NCBI RefSeq assembly: GCF_044704955.1
Contig: NC_091999.1
Span: forward strand, 27,714,001 to 27,778,000
Reading direction: 5' to 3'
DNA length: 64,000 bases
Source of the DNA: Pristiophorus japonicus
Taxonomy: Eukaryota
Each line of letters opens with the position of its first letter. The stretch's first letter is position 1. The position numbers and the translations under genes are program-made. A model generated the notes under the pieces. The model made no database searches. It was not told the origin of the DNA and worked only from the letters and a program-made list of their open reading frames with translations. This document shows positions 61,190 to 64,000 of this stretch, piece by piece.

Positions 61190-62050
61190 TTAGATCTCAG
61201 ATGGAATATTATGGACATTTTTGGGCACCACATTTCCATAACGATGTACAGACACTAGAAAGGCGACTGAAGAGGTTTAACGGGTTGTTACCAGGAATGA
61301 GCGGCTTCAATTAGAGAGTTCAATAGTTATAACTGTTCTCCTTGTAACAGAGTAGTTTAATTAGCGAGCTAATAGATGTCTCCAACATGCTAGCTTGTTT
61401 TTATAATGTAGAGGAGATATGAGGGGACATGTCTTCACCGAGAGGGTGGTGGGGGTCTGAAATGCAATGCATGAAATATTGATAGAGGCTGGAATTCTCA
61501 CCATATTTAAACTATACTTGGATGTTCAATTAACATGTCGTAACCTACAGGTGACAGAACACGAGCTGGAAAGTGGGATTAGGCAGGATAGCTCTTGGTC
61601 GGCTGACGCAGATACAATGAACTGAAATGGCCTCCTTCAATGTTGTAAATTTCTAAGATTCTGTGATATAGTGTGTTGGCTCTCACTAAGCAGAGGTCAT
61701 AGATTTTAAAGCATTGGCAAAAGATCTAGAGCGGAGAAGAGCAGAATTTGTTTTCACTCAAAATAACTGGCTGCCCATTTAACCTGAGATGAGGAGAAAT
61801 TTCTTCTCTCAGAGGGCTGTAAATCTATGGAATTCTGTGCCACGGAGAGTTGTGGAGGCTAGGTCATTGAATATATTGAAGGCGGAGATAGATCGATCTT
61901 TGAGCGACAAGGGAATAAATGGTATGGGGAGCGGGCAGGGAAGTGGGGCTGAGTCAATGATCAGGTCAGCAATGATCTTATCAAATGGCAGAAAAGGCTC
62001 GAGGGGACAAGCGGCCTACTCCTGTTCCTAGTTCTTATGTTTATATGTGC
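61190..62050 (+). mobile_element. CR1 3' fragments
   Basis: EMRRNFFSQRAVNLWNS plus tail. Confidence 0.75.
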
Positions 62051-62054
62051 TTAT

Positions 62055-63663
62055 ATTTATTACACTATACAGTGTCTTTGTTTATATTACACAAGGTCCT
62101 GTCTCTCTTTAAATTATACTAGACCTTGTCCCTGAATTTATTACGTTAGGCCATCTCTGTTTATAATAAACTCGACCCTCTCTCTGTTTATATTACACTA
62201 GACACTGTCTGTGTTTATATTGCAGTAGGCCCTGTCTCTGTTTACATTACACTAGCCGCTGTCTCTGTTTCTACTACACGAGGACATGTCTCTGTTTATA
62301 TTACGCTAGACTCTGTCGCTGTTTATATTACACGAGGCCCTGTCTCTGTTTATATTAAACTAGGCCCTGTCTCTTTTTATATTGCACTAGACCCTGTCTC
62401 TGATTATATTACACTAGACCCTGTCCATGTTTATATTACATTAGACCACGTCTCTGTTTATATTACACTAGACCCTGTCTCTGATTATATTACAGTAGAC
62501 CCTGTCTCTGTTTATATTACACTAGACCCTGTCTCTGTTTATATTACACTAGACCCTGTCTCTGTTTATATTACACTAGACCCTGTCTCTGATTATATTA
62601 CACTAGACCCTGTCTCTGTTTATATTACACTATACCCTGTCTCTGTTTATATTACACTAGACCCTGTCTCTGTTTATATTACATTAGACCCTGTCTCTGA
62701 TTATATTACACTAGACCCTGTCCATGTTTATATTACATTAGACCACGTCTCTGTTTATATTACACTAGACCCTGTCTCTGATTATATTACACTAGACCCT
62801 GTCTCTGTTTATATTACACTAGACCCTGTCTCTGTTTATATTACACTAGACCCTGTCTCTGTTTATATTACACTAGACCCTGTCTCTGATTATATTACAC
62901 TAGACCCTGTCTCTGTTTACATTACACTATACCCTGTCTCTGTTTATATTACACTAGACCCTGTCTCTGTTTATATTACATTAGACCCTGTCTCTGATTA
63001 TATTACACTAGACCCTGTCCATGTTTATATTACACTAGACCCTGTCTCTGTTTATATTTCACTAGACCCTGTCTCTGTTTATATTACACTAGATTATGTC
63101 CCTGTTTATATTACACTAGATTATGTCCCTGTTTATATTACACTAGACCCTGTCTCTGTTTATATTACACTAGACCCTGTCTCTGTTTATATTACACTAG
63201 ATTATGTCCCTGTTTATATTACACTAGACCCTGTCTCTGTTTATATTACACTAGACCCTGTCTCTGTTTATATTACACTAGACCGTGTCTCTGTTTATAT
63301 TACACTAGACCCTGCCTCAGTTTATAATACAATAGTTCCTGTCTCAGTTTATTTTACAGTGGACCCTGTCTCAGTTTATTTTACACTAGACCCTGTCCCT
63401 GTTTATGTTATGTTAGGCCTGTCTCTCTTTATATTACACTACACCTTGTCTATTTTCGTATTACACTAGACCCTGTCTTTGTTTATATTACACTAGACAC
63501 TGTCTCTGTTTAAACTGCACAAGGCCCTGTCCCTGTTTATATTACACGAGTCCCTGCTGCTGTTTACATTACACTAGGCTCTGTCCCTGCTTATATTATA
63601 CTATACCTTGTGTCTCTTTATATTGCACTAGACCCTGCCTATGTTATATTACACTAGACTCTG
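62055..63663 (+). repeat. 27-bp satellite, most homogeneous array
   Basis: About 59 units, near-perfect in 62400-63300. Confidence 0.95.
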
Positions 63664-64000
63664 TGAGGATGCAATACGTTTTTGGTTTGAAATATATGTT
63701 TGTTTTGTTAACAGCTAGCAAGAGCTATCTGAAATTTCTGCTTGATTTGGTATTGTTTCGTTAATATTTGTGTTGAGAAGATGTGGTGAATTTTGTAACA
63801 ATCTCCAAGAGATTGACTGGGAATGAGGGACAGGAGTGAAGGTGAGGAATAGTACACTGCACTTTGTACTACTTAGTGGCAATCTGTGTGTTAAAGGTTA
63901 CTCATTCTCACGTGTGTTGTCCTGTGCCAATTCCTCCGAGTTCTTTAATGTTAAGGATTGTTTTTGCTGCAGTACTTGCTAGTTCGCTGTCACGTGACCC

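Overview
Eukaryotic, repeat-rich window from a cartilaginous fish (shark-type), inferred from the immunoglobulin, zinc-finger, SINE and CR1 sequences. Right half: one apparently intact IgM heavy-chain minicluster on the minus strand, with leader, VH with 23-RSS, D(D)J, Cmu1-4 with secretory tail, TM1 and TM2. All splice sites are canonical and in phase. The most notable observation is that the D and J segments are already fused: a single 12-RSS precedes a 68-nt D(D)J block with no internal or J RSS. The cluster therefore needs only one V-to-DJ join and has a largely fixed, Cys-containing CDR3 (DCGSGYIAKDYW). Left half: a cluster of related C2H2 zinc-finger genes and pseudogenes, nested CR1 LINEs, a degenerate env-bearing LTR element, and a truncated Ty3/Gypsy element abutting a near-complete class III (ERV-S/L-like) provirus with a tRNA-Ser PBS. 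The rest is minisatellite and satellite arrays, LINE/SINE fragments and a 219-nt assembly gap. All comparisons to known families are from memory and were not database-checked.
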